DNA of 64,000 bases from a virus. The first letter of the stretch is position 1; each line of letters opens with the position of its first letter. The notes below the pieces were generated by a model, which was not told the origin of the DNA, did not search any database, and saw only the letters and a program-made list of their open reading frames with translations. The stretch lies in IMG/VR virus record IMGVR_UViG_3300032087_005129. One strand, 5' to 3'. Shown here one piece after another: positions 9,374 to 16,798 of the stretch. The position numbers and the translations under genes were made by a program.

Positions 9374-10000
9374 ATGAGTATTTTGTTTTTGACATTAATT
9401 TTAAATATTGAAAATAAATCGGTTTATCAAACACCGCTTGAAAGACTTGTTCATCTTGTTGAGTCTGATGGTAGACTTACAAACAACGAGCCTATACTAG
9501 GTGACTGGTGTGAAAAAAGACAAAGGTTTCTTTCGAGAGGGCCTTTGCAAATAACCAGAGATTGTCATACCGATGCTAATGTTAGTTTTCCGTATGAAGA
9601 GGTAGATAGCCTAGAAAACTCACTGATTGTTTTTCGTAAATATATGAAACGATATGCCAACAAAGATAGATTTGTGCGATTAGGCATTAATAGAGAACCT
9701 ACCGCAGAAGACATGTTAAGAATTTGGGTTGGTGGACCAAAAGGCTTTTTGAAAAAGTCAACAGATTCTTATTGGGAAAATAGTTTAAGGAGATTTTTGA
9801 TGAAACTCAATGTAGGGCAAAAAGTATTTTGTAAGAGTTCAAATAGAGAGGCAACTATTGTCTCAATCAACGAAGAAAAGATTACAATCAAGTATGAGAC
9901 ATCTGGTGAGATCACAGAAGTAACACAAGGACAGATTTCACAGTTGCTTCTTGGAAACAATGATCAATCAGATCAAACTTTTTTACAAGAGGGTCAATAA
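9374..10000 (+). CDS. invertebrate-type (destabilase-like) lysozyme domain followed by a small SH3/Tudor-like domain
   Basis: VESDG...GD...SRGPLQI...YM.RY...RIWVGGPKG..K..T..YW; in-frame internal AGGAG+ATG at 9800. Confidence 0.6.
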   Translation: MSILFLTLILNIENKSVYQTPLERLVHLVESDGRLTNNEPILGDWCEKRQRFLSRGPLQITRDCHTDANVSFPYEEVDSLENSLIVFRKYMKRYANKDRFVRLGINREPTAEDMLRIWVGGPKGFLKKSTDSYWENSLRRFLMKLNVGQKVFCKSSNREATIVSINEEKITIKYETSGEITEVTQGQISQLLLGNNDQSDQTFLQEGQ

Positions 10001-10968
10001 TGGGAAAGTGTCCATTTTCAATATTTCAAAGCAAAAAAGGTCGTGTTGAGGAAGTAAAACCCTCCATCGTACAAGATCATACAGAATCACCTTTCTTAAG
10101 AGTGAGAAGATTACATCCAACCCAAGGGATTAAAATTGTTCCAGCAAACCGTAAACTAATAGGTCCTGATGGTCAAAATGAAACAGAGCATAATTACTCT
10201 AGATCTGGAGCGATCAAAAGATGCGGCCCTTATGTTCACGCAAACAGTTTAGGTTGGTGGATCTTTCCTGCTGTCGATTTAGATGCTACTTATCACCCCA
10301 ACGGTGAATGGACAATACACGAATATAACAAGTTTGATGAAATTCAACAACATGAGTACCTGTCTAGTCTACCATCCTATGAGTATAAAACAGAGAGTGG
10401 AGAAACTCGTGAATTACCATCAAAATATTTAACTAGAAGTTATGTTAATGCAGGTCTCGCAGATGAGAATATTCTTCAAATCTGGACAGGAGTTATTCTC
10501 AGAACACCGCCTGGTTGGGGACTTTTAATTCGAAGTCCAATCAATGTGGAAGAGGACTATGATAGATCTTGGTACATTCAAGAGGGAGTCATAGAATCTG
10601 ATTGGATGGATTATGATATTTGGACAAATATTGTTTTTAAGAAGCCAAATCAGAAAGTTGAAATACGTCAAAAGATGTGGCCTCCCCTCGCACAAATTGT
10701 TCCAATTCGTCGAGAAGCCTATGATACAAAATGGGATATTGATGATCAGTTAATTACTGCTGATGATCCAGAATTTGCTTCTTGGCAAGATTATACCTTT
10801 AAAAAATGGACACAGATAAACGAAAAAGAAGGTAAAACATATTACAAAGAGCGAGCAGTTCAAAAACCACGTCCTGATGATTCAAAGATTGAGTCTCTTC
10901 GTGAAAAATATGCTACCAGTAGAAACGAACATCAGGTAAGAAAAGATGTGAAAAAGGATTCAGAATAA
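10000..10968 (+). CDS. DUF6065-like protein
   Basis: RCGPYVHANSLGWWIF...TG.ILRTPPGW.LL...P.N...EG.IE.DW. Confidence 0.65.
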   Translation: MGKCPFSIFQSKKGRVEEVKPSIVQDHTESPFLRVRRLHPTQGIKIVPANRKLIGPDGQNETEHNYSRSGAIKRCGPYVHANSLGWWIFPAVDLDATYHPNGEWTIHEYNKFDEIQQHEYLSSLPSYEYKTESGETRELPSKYLTRSYVNAGLADENILQIWTGVILRTPPGWGLLIRSPINVEEDYDRSWYIQEGVIESDWMDYDIWTNIVFKKPNQKVEIRQKMWPPLAQIVPIRREAYDTKWDIDDQLITADDPEFASWQDYTFKKWTQINEKEGKTYYKERAVQKPRPDDSKIESLREKYATSRNEHQVRKDVKKDSE

Positions 10969-10973
10969 AATCA

Positions 10974-11046
10974 GGCCCTGTAGCCCAACGGTAGAGGCAG
11001 TGGACTTAAAATCCATACAGTTCGGGTTCGAATCCCGATGGGGCTA
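10974..11046 (+). tRNA. tRNA-Leu(TAA), short variable loop
   Basis: GTGGA-CTTAAAA-TCCAT anticodon arm, GGTTCGAATCC; acceptor stem has three G-U pairs. Confidence 0.85.
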
Positions 11047-11050
11047 TTTC

Positions 11051-11575
11051 TCAAGGATTACCAAATAGATCATTGAGGAACTCATTAAATTGAGGCAACA
11101 ATGTATCAACTAGTTCTCCAAAATCAATTCCAATAATCTTAAGAATTTGTCTTTCGAGGAATGTCAGTGGTTCGCCTATCATCCACTTTAGCATTATGCC
11201 TGTCATGGTCCCGAACCACCACTCATTTTGCAAATCAGGATACATGTTTCTGATAAGTTCTAGAAGTTTTCTTCTTTGTGCTTTGCTAAGTTCAGGACGA
11301 AGTTCTTTTGGTAGACCTCTACCTTTCAAGTATCTCTTAAGAATTTTTCTTGGTCCTTGACCTGTTTGTTGTCTGATTAGATCTATAATCCATTGAGGAA
11401 GATCACTCGGCAGATTCACTGCGTCACCTAGTCCAGACTCTGTTTCAGTATCTGGAGTAACAGGTGGCACAACTGGTGGTGGTGGCATTCTATTGCCTCC
11501 GGATGGTACTTGCTCGTTGAGTGCCTGACGATATCCTGCTTCGTATGCTTCTTGTAGTTTATCTTTAAAGTTCAT
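11051..11575 (-). CDS. hypothetical protein, Pro-rich linker
   Basis: 174-aa ORF; MNFKDKLQEAYEAGY..LNE N-terminus. Confidence 0.6.
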   Translation of the reverse strand: MNFKDKLQEAYEAGYRQALNEQVPSGGNRMPPPPVVPPVTPDTETESGLGDAVNLPSDLPQWIIDLIRQQTGQGPRKILKRYLKGRGLPKELRPELSKAQRRKLLELIRNMYPDLQNEWWFGTMTGIMLKWMIGEPLTFLERQILKIIGIDFGELVDTLLPQFNEFLNDLFGNP

Positions 11576-11584
11576 TTCTCTTCC

Positions 11585-12412
11585 TTACTGGGGTGATAGT
11601 TTACCAACTAGATCAAATACTTTCTTTGCAATTGCACTGTCTGGATCTAGGTTCTGCTTACCTGATGATTTGAGTTTGAAATATTTGAAGTCTTTGATTG
11701 CAAAAGGTAGTCCCTCTTTACCATTTGTTGGTCTGCCTTTTTCATCAGAGTAGAAAACAGTGTTGTTTGGTCCACCAATAATCACATAAAACTCACCGTT
11801 GATTTCTTTTGGATATCTGCGAATGAAATAATCTGTCATGGTCTTTGCAGCACCACGGTGTGTCTGAATCAAAACTCTTTCAGGAACAGTTCTTGCTCTT
11901 TTTCTGTTTTGAACCATTGCCATTCTGTAATCAGTAAGCGCCCAAATGATATGAATATTTTCTGGTTTGTATCCTGCTTTCATTAGCGTTGGTAGATATT
12001 CATAGAAATCACCAGAGTCTTTCATTGTTTTGTCGATGACAATATTGGGTAGATTGCCAGAAGCAGTCTTTCTAAAAAGCAGTGATGTTTTCTTACCCAT
12101 CAAACCTTTGCCTTTGATTGTGGCGTGAAGTTTGGCAACATCATCAGGATTCTTCATGTCTAGGTTGGCATACTCTGGATACTTGTCAGGGTATTTTTTG
12201 CCAAGCGAAAGAGCCAAAATTTTCAACTCATCAGGATCAACAATCTTGTATGAGTCTGCTGCCACAAAGTTCTTGATGGCAAAACCCTTGCCTGAGCCTG
12301 CTCCCCCTGCGAAGAAAATAACCTGACCTTCTTTCTTGCCTTTGTTGACAACGATCAGTTTCTCGTTTAGAATGTTTCCTATCTCGCCAAGATAGTTCGA
12401 AAATGAAAGCAT
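11585..12412 (-). CDS. P-loop kinase/ATPase (zeta-toxin/AAA_33-like)
   Basis: Walker A GGAGSGKG, NIVID, RNR.R.R-like lid (QNRKRART); AATAAATA late promoter at 12431-38 on the - strand. Confidence 0.7.
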   Translation of the reverse strand: MLSFSNYLGEIGNILNEKLIVVNKGKKEGQVIFFAGGAGSGKGFAIKNFVAADSYKIVDPDELKILALSLGKKYPDKYPEYANLDMKNPDDVAKLHATIKGKGLMGKKTSLLFRKTASGNLPNIVIDKTMKDSGDFYEYLPTLMKAGYKPENIHIIWALTDYRMAMVQNRKRARTVPERVLIQTHRGAAKTMTDYFIRRYPKEINGEFYVIIGGPNNTVFYSDEKGRPTNGKEGLPFAIKDFKYFKLKSSGKQNLDPDSAIAKKVFDLVGKLSPQ

Positions 12413-12473
12413 GAAGAATCTCCTGGTTAGTATTTATTCGCAAAGGAAATTACAAAAAATGAACCGATTGCAC

Positions 12474-12501
12474 TTGACACAACAGATTGTTGCTCTATAC
12501 T
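12474..12501 (+). promoter_or_regulatory. sigma70-like early promoter
   Basis: TTGACA-N16-TATACT. Confidence 0.7.
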
Positions 12502-12574
12502 TACTTACATGGCCTAGATTAGAAATAATCACAGAAGGTCTTCTACGAACAACTTATGCATAAAGGAAATTCAA

Positions 12575-12850
12575 ATGAAAGTAGAAAATAAAAATCGACA
12601 TCGTGCCGCAGACAAAGAATACTTTTTCGCCACTTATGTAAAGTCTGACGCTGGCCCAGGCGAAGATGATGTTGTTCAACTCTTACTGACAGACAAAGAG
12701 TTGGAGCGTGCCTCAAAGCGAGCAGAAAAGAACAAAGAAGATCTCCCTAAGTATTTTGCCATCGTTCAGGGTTCAAACGAAGAGCCCGAAAAGCGAGTCA
12801 TTCAAGAGGAAAAATCTACTGGCTTCTTTAGTTGGCTGCTTGGGGATTGA
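12575..12850 (+). CDS. hypothetical protein
   Basis: 91 aa, AAGGA SD. Confidence 0.6.
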   Translation: MKVENKNRHRAADKEYFFATYVKSDAGPGEDDVVQLLLTDKELERASKRAEKNKEDLPKYFAIVQGSNEEPEKRVIQEEKSTGFFSWLLGD

Positions 12851-12914
12851 ATAAAACGAGTTTTGTGGAGTGTTTTGCTTCTGCGGCTTGTATGAAAAAA
12901 ATTGAAGTATTTAC

Positions 12915-12981
12915 TTTACTTGACTGATATAGAAGGTATACTTCATATGAATGAGGTGAGAACGACGTAGTTCTTACTTCA
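12915..12981 (+). promoter_or_regulatory. early promoter and 5'-UTR hairpin
   Basis: TTTACT-N16-TATACT followed by 12-bp stem TGAGGTGAGAAC/GTTCTTACTTCA. Confidence 0.5.
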
Positions 12982-13024
12982 AACGTACACAGCGATTTAT
13001 TCGCATTTCTAGGAGAAAGAAAAA

Positions 13025-13246
13025 ATGAGTAAGTATTATTTTCTTGGTTGGATGCTTTTTTTGATCACAGTCGCACTTTACCTCATGGGCACCCAAATGC
13101 CTGCTTGGATTGGCATTGATGCAGACTACAGCCTTAATGTGATCACGCACATCTCTTACGGGTTTGCTGGATCATTCATTGTCTGGTTGTTGAATCTTTT
13201 CATTACAGGCACCTCAAACTACTTCAACAAGTATGAGAACGCATAA
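13025..13246 (+). CDS. small two-TM membrane protein
   Basis: Two hydrophobic segments; AGGAG SD. Confidence 0.6.
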   Translation: MSKYYFLGWMLFLITVALYLMGTQMPAWIGIDADYSLNVITHISYGFAGSFIVWLLNLFITGTSNYFNKYENA

Positions 13247-13431
13247 TGGCAAAACGAGTCATTGATCGTTTTGATATTGAAGCAGAGCGAGAAGGCTCTG
13301 CCGTCTTACGACACACGGTTGTAAGACGAGGTTGGGGCAAAGGCACAATCAAGTCTAGACGAGGGCGAAAAGATGCCGAAGCAGCAATCGAACGTCGAAC
13401 AGTCAAAGGTTTTTATTCAAGGAGCGTCTAA
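13246..13431 (+). CDS. small basic protein
   Basis: TAATG coupling with upstream gene. Confidence 0.55.
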   Translation: MAKRVIDRFDIEAEREGSAVLRHTVVRRGWGKGTIKSRRGRKDAEAAIERRTVKGFYSRSV

Positions 13432-13529
13432 TGTTTACTGCAATTTTTACTCTGGGTGGTTTTACATTCGGATTGATTCTCGGTGTCTGCTTCGGTAGCG
13501 GCTTTATTGATGATCGTCGGAGGTTCTAA
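13431..13529 (+). CDS. 32-aa hydrophobic micropeptide
   Basis: MFTAIFTLGGFTFGLILGVCFGSGFIDDRRRF; AGGAG SD and TAATG coupling. Confidence 0.5.
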   Translation: MFTAIFTLGGFTFGLILGVCFGSGFIDDRRRF

Positions 13530-13618
13530 TGTTTGATGAACCAGAATTTTGGATTGTTGCCTTTGCGTTTATCATGTTTGCTCGTGCAATTCGGCACGAC
13601 TTGAATACTAAGGAGTAA
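13529..13618 (+). CDS. 29-aa hydrophobic micropeptide
   Basis: MFDEPEFWIVAFAFIMFARAIRHDLNTKE; GGAGG SD and TAATG coupling. Confidence 0.5.
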   Translation: MFDEPEFWIVAFAFIMFARAIRHDLNTKE

Positions 13619-13625
13619 TAAAAAA

Positions 13626-13814
13626 ATGTTTCCATTTCCAAATGTACCAATGGTACCAACAGGTTGGCCTCTAGGCTATTGGTGGCCAGTATCAGCCGAT
13701 AGTATAGAACACTTCTGGCTTATTTTGATTAACCTTCTCTCTAACTGGCAAGCAGGAGAACAATGGTTTTTTCAACTGATCACTCTTCTCTCAGCATGGT
13801 CGTTGTGGGGTTAA
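13626..13814 (+). CDS. Trp-rich 62-aa peptide with two LxxLLSxW helices
   Basis: AGGAG SD; LINLLSNW and LITLLSAW. Confidence 0.55.
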   Translation: MFPFPNVPMVPTGWPLGYWWPVSADSIEHFWLILINLLSNWQAGEQWFFQLITLLSAWSLWG

Positions 13815-13816
13815 CC

Positions 13817-13906
13817 ATGACAACACCTGAATTTTTTCTTTACATCTTTTTGCCTATGAATGCAATGTTCACGATGGGCTTTTGTTTGTACTACTCAAAG
13901 GATTAA
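13817..13906 (+). CDS. 29-aa hydrophobic micropeptide
   Basis: MTTPEFFLYIFLPMNAMFTMGFCLYYSKD; fills the gap between neighbours. Confidence 0.4.
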   Translation: MTTPEFFLYIFLPMNAMFTMGFCLYYSKD

Positions 13907-13907
13907 T

Positions 13908-14468
13908 ATGCTTTTGTTTGTTGCTTTGAAATTAGAAGTACCGACTCTTCACGATAAAAACAATGTGTTTTTTACTGGCGTTGGAAAGATCAATGCAACA
14001 CATGTTGTCACACGAGAGTTGATGAACTATAAACATACACACGGTAAACTTCCTAATCTTGTTGTTAACTACGGAACTGCTGGATCTATTTCCGATGCAA
14101 GTGGTCTTGTTGAATGCAAAGATTTTGTTCAGCGTGATATGGATTGTAGTGCGATTGATGTGCCAAAATATTACACACCTTACGAGTATTTGCCAGATCT
14201 CTCAACGAATTCTGGTGATGTTGTTTGTGGCACCGGCGATAGTTTTGTTACAAACAAAGATGAGTTGGTAAAAGATATGCATATCGTAGATATGGAAGCA
14301 TACGCGATTGCTAAAGTTTGCAAAAAAATGCTTGTGCCTTTTGTATGTTTCAAGTATATTAGTGACAACGCAGATCAGAAATCTGGCTCTGAGTGGCAAA
14401 ACTTTAGTATGAGAAAAGGCGAAGAGTCTTTTATTCAAGAAATGAAAAAGCGAGGTATAGAAATCTAA
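13908..14468 (+). CDS. MTA/SAH nucleosidase (purine nucleoside phosphorylase superfamily)
   Basis: TGVGKINA, NYGTAGS, GTGDSFV, VDMEAYAIA, KYISDNAD; start at ATG 13908. Confidence 0.88.
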   Translation: MLLFVALKLEVPTLHDKNNVFFTGVGKINATHVVTRELMNYKHTHGKLPNLVVNYGTAGSISDASGLVECKDFVQRDMDCSAIDVPKYYTPYEYLPDLSTNSGDVVCGTGDSFVTNKDELVKDMHIVDMEAYAIAKVCKKMLVPFVCFKYISDNADQKSGSEWQNFSMRKGEESFIQEMKKRGIEI

Positions 14469-14677
14469 TGAAATGTTCAGACTGTGGAAAAAATATTCCT
14501 TCTTTGCGATTAGAGGCTGTACCAGGCACACAACATTGTGTAGACTGTATAGATAAACATATGCCCAAAAGAAAAGGGTACATGATCTACGGCCACAAAA
14601 CTGCTGGTGAAATTGTTATGGCAACTGGTGATGAAAACATTCGTCGCCTTGAAAGAGAATATTTTAGGAGTAGATGA
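14468..14677 (+). CDS. DksA/TraR C4-type zinc-finger protein
   Basis: CxxCGxxIPxxRLEAVPxxxxCxxC. Confidence 0.85.
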   Translation: MKCSDCGKNIPSLRLEAVPGTQHCVDCIDKHMPKRKGYMIYGHKTAGEIVMATGDENIRRLEREYFRSR

Positions 14678-15063
14678 TGAATAGAAACCCGACAATTTAT
14701 GTTGCTGGCCCAATGCGTGGCTATGAAGATTATAATTATCCTGCCTTTGATCGTTGCTCTAGAGTGCTTCGAGAACAGGGTTGGAATGTTATTAACCCCG
14801 CTGAACTAGACAGAGATGCAGGCAAGCCTATGTCTGATCCTATGTCTTTTGCACCAGACACAAACTATGAAGATCACGAGTTTATGAGAAAAGCATTGCG
14901 TCGTGACATGGTTGCAATTTGCGATGAATGTACCGCAATCTACATGATGAGCAACTGGGAAAGAAGCAAGGGTGCAAACGCAGAGTTAGCATTATCAAAA
15001 GCAATGGGTCTTGACATCTATTATGAGGCACCATTACCAAAAGTAAAGGAAGAACTTAAATGA
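14674..15063 (+). CDS. DUF4406 / nucleoside 2-deoxyribosyltransferase-like protein
   Basis: IYVAGPMRG..YNYPAF...NPAE...C.AIYM..WE.S.GA.AE. Confidence 0.8.
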   Translation: MMNRNPTIYVAGPMRGYEDYNYPAFDRCSRVLREQGWNVINPAELDRDAGKPMSDPMSFAPDTNYEDHEFMRKALRRDMVAICDECTAIYMMSNWERSKGANAELALSKAMGLDIYYEAPLPKVKEELK

Positions 15064-15401
15064 AAGAAATGAAACCACAATACACTTACAAAGCGACTGT
15101 GCAGAAAGTCGTTGATGGAGACACAGTTGATCTTTTGATTGATTGTGGCTTTAATATTTTGAGAACAGAGCGTATTCGCTTTTATGGTGTTGATGCTTGG
15201 GAAACTCGTGGTGAAGAAAGAGAAAGGGGTCTAAAGGCAAAGAAGTTTGTTCAAGATCTTCTTCCTGTTGGTTCTGAGTGTGTTGTTCGCACAGGAAAAG
15301 AACAAGGTAAGTTTGGTCGCTATCTTGGAGAGATCTATGTGAATGATAAGAGCCTCAATGAAATGCTTCTTGAAGAAGGTCATGCTGAGGTGTATAAGTG
15401 A
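15060..15401 (+). CDS. thermonuclease (SNase-like)
   Basis: VVDGDTVD...RIRFYGVDAWETR...GKFGRYLG...N..L..EGHA. Confidence 0.9.
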   Translation: MKEMKPQYTYKATVQKVVDGDTVDLLIDCGFNILRTERIRFYGVDAWETRGEERERGLKAKKFVQDLLPVGSECVVRTGKEQGKFGRYLGEIYVNDKSLNEMLLEEGHAEVYK

Positions 15402-15559
15402 CTTTAGATGCAGTCACTAAATTTGTACCATTGGTTGCGGGTCTTTTGTACGCAGTTGTTGGTATTGCATACTTTATGAAAAAGGAATGGGCTTGGGGTG
15501 TTGTATGGACTTCATACTCATTCGCAAACTTTGGTTTGACAATCGCAGGTAACGAATAA
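15398..15559 (+). CDS. small two-TM membrane protein
   Basis: GTG start overlapping the stop; ...PLVAGLLYAVVGIAYF..WAWGVVWTSYSFANFGL. Confidence 0.5.
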   Translation: MTLDAVTKFVPLVAGLLYAVVGIAYFMKKEWAWGVVWTSYSFANFGLTIAGNE

Positions 15560-15572
15560 ACAGGAGAACAAA

Positions 15573-15711
15573 AATGGCAAGACAAACCACAAACGAAAAA
15601 GCACATGTTCAGGGTCTTTTGAAAGAGGGTCGTTTGCGTCCTTCTAAGAGATCAAAAAGACCAGGTGCTGCTCGAACAAGTCGATCAGGTAACGGAAAGA
15701 AAATTAAGTAA
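15573..15711 (+). CDS. small basic protein (coordinates approximate)
   Basis: MARQTTNEKAHVQGLL...RSGNGKKIK; AGGAG SD. Confidence 0.45.
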
Positions 15712-16685
15712 TGTCAAAGTGTCCTTTTGGTTTTATAGCAGAAAAGTTTAACAAGGATAATCCTGATCTGAAAACAACAAAAGAAAGTTATCCAAAAGAA
15801 ACTTTTGATGAGTCTAAACTTTCAATCATTGCACATGATGTTGGTGCTGCTGAATGGGGTATTGAAATAGAAACCGCACCATCTCAAAGAGAATGGATGA
15901 CTGACACGAAAGGTCATGCTTACAAGTGTTTACCTTTGGTTGCCGCAAATAACCTAGGTTGGGTATTGAGATGTCCATCATCTTTTTCTGCTTATTGGAC
16001 TGGTAATAAAGGATTAAACTCTGTTCGTATAATTCCACACACAAAAGAAAAAATTAATTTTGTCCAATCGCATTTTGGACATGGAACTTTAACTTTTCAT
16101 CCTGGGTTTATTTTTACAACAACAAAAAATCACGGACTCTATGTAAAAGGACCAACAAACCTTCCCGACTTTGAAAAAAAAATGGGCATAACACCATTAG
16201 AAGGTCTTGTTGAAACTGACTGGCTTCAATTTTCATTTACAATGAACTGGAAATTCACTGAGTCTCGAAGACTAGTTACTTTTTATCAAGATGACATTTT
16301 TTGTCAATTTTTTCCATATCCTAGAAGTTATGTTTCGCAGTTTGAAACAGACACAAGATTAATTGAAGACAGTAAAGGTTTTGAAAAGTCTGTGCGAAAT
16401 TACAAAGAACATCGAGATCTTGTGCAAAAGACAATTGAAGAAACAAAAGAATCGCCGCCAAAAGATATTCAACTACACTATCTTCGAGGAGAAAATATTG
16501 ATGGTACAAAAACTTCAATTTCAGAACTTGGTTTTACACATGAACCCAAGTGCGGTGCAAAAAAGTTTCCTGTGATATCTAAAGATCAATTGGTGTATGA
16601 AACTGAAGAGATACAAGATCTTTTAGACAAAGGCGCCGAACATGAAGAAATAGTTGAAAAGATTAAAGAAAAAAATGAAGATTAA
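15711..16685 (+). CDS. DUF6065-like protein (paralog of 10000..10968)
   Basis: HAYKCLPLVAANNLGW, SHFGHGTLTF, PLEGLVETDW.F.FTMNW. Confidence 0.75.
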   Translation: MSKCPFGFIAEKFNKDNPDLKTTKESYPKETFDESKLSIIAHDVGAAEWGIEIETAPSQREWMTDTKGHAYKCLPLVAANNLGWVLRCPSSFSAYWTGNKGLNSVRIIPHTKEKINFVQSHFGHGTLTFHPGFIFTTTKNHGLYVKGPTNLPDFEKKMGITPLEGLVETDWLQFSFTMNWKFTESRRLVTFYQDDIFCQFFPYPRSYVSQFETDTRLIEDSKGFEKSVRNYKEHRDLVQKTIEETKESPPKDIQLHYLRGENIDGTKTSISELGFTHEPKCGAKKFPVISKDQLVYETEEIQDLLDKGAEHEEIVEKIKEKNED

Positions 16686-16687
16686 AC

Positions 16688-16715
16688 AAGACCCCGTAAG
16701 GGGTCTTTAATTTTT
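16688..16715 (+). terminator. intrinsic terminator
   Basis: AAGACCCC-GTAA-GGGGTCTT then T-rich tail. Confidence 0.8.
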
Positions 16716-16798
16716 CACACAACGCTAATACATCCTGTACTAAAAATTAACACTCCCAATAATAAGTAATTGTTTGCCAATTTTTAGGGGAGTTTCAC

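Noticed and set aside
11585-12412. Zeta toxin-antitoxin system
   Set aside because: Only a generic P-loop is evident and the neighbour shows no antitoxin features; such kinases are common in T4-like phages.
13529-13618. Resemblance of MFDEPEFWIVAF to an ATP synthase subunit b N-terminus
   Set aside because: Too short to separate from a generic TM peptide.
16714-16752. Possible Pho box (TTCACA/CTAATA/TGTACT/TTAACA at 11-bp spacing) upstream of the surface-protein/TonB pair
   Set aside because: Only two of four units fit and the DNA is AT-rich; too weak without a host PhoB motif.
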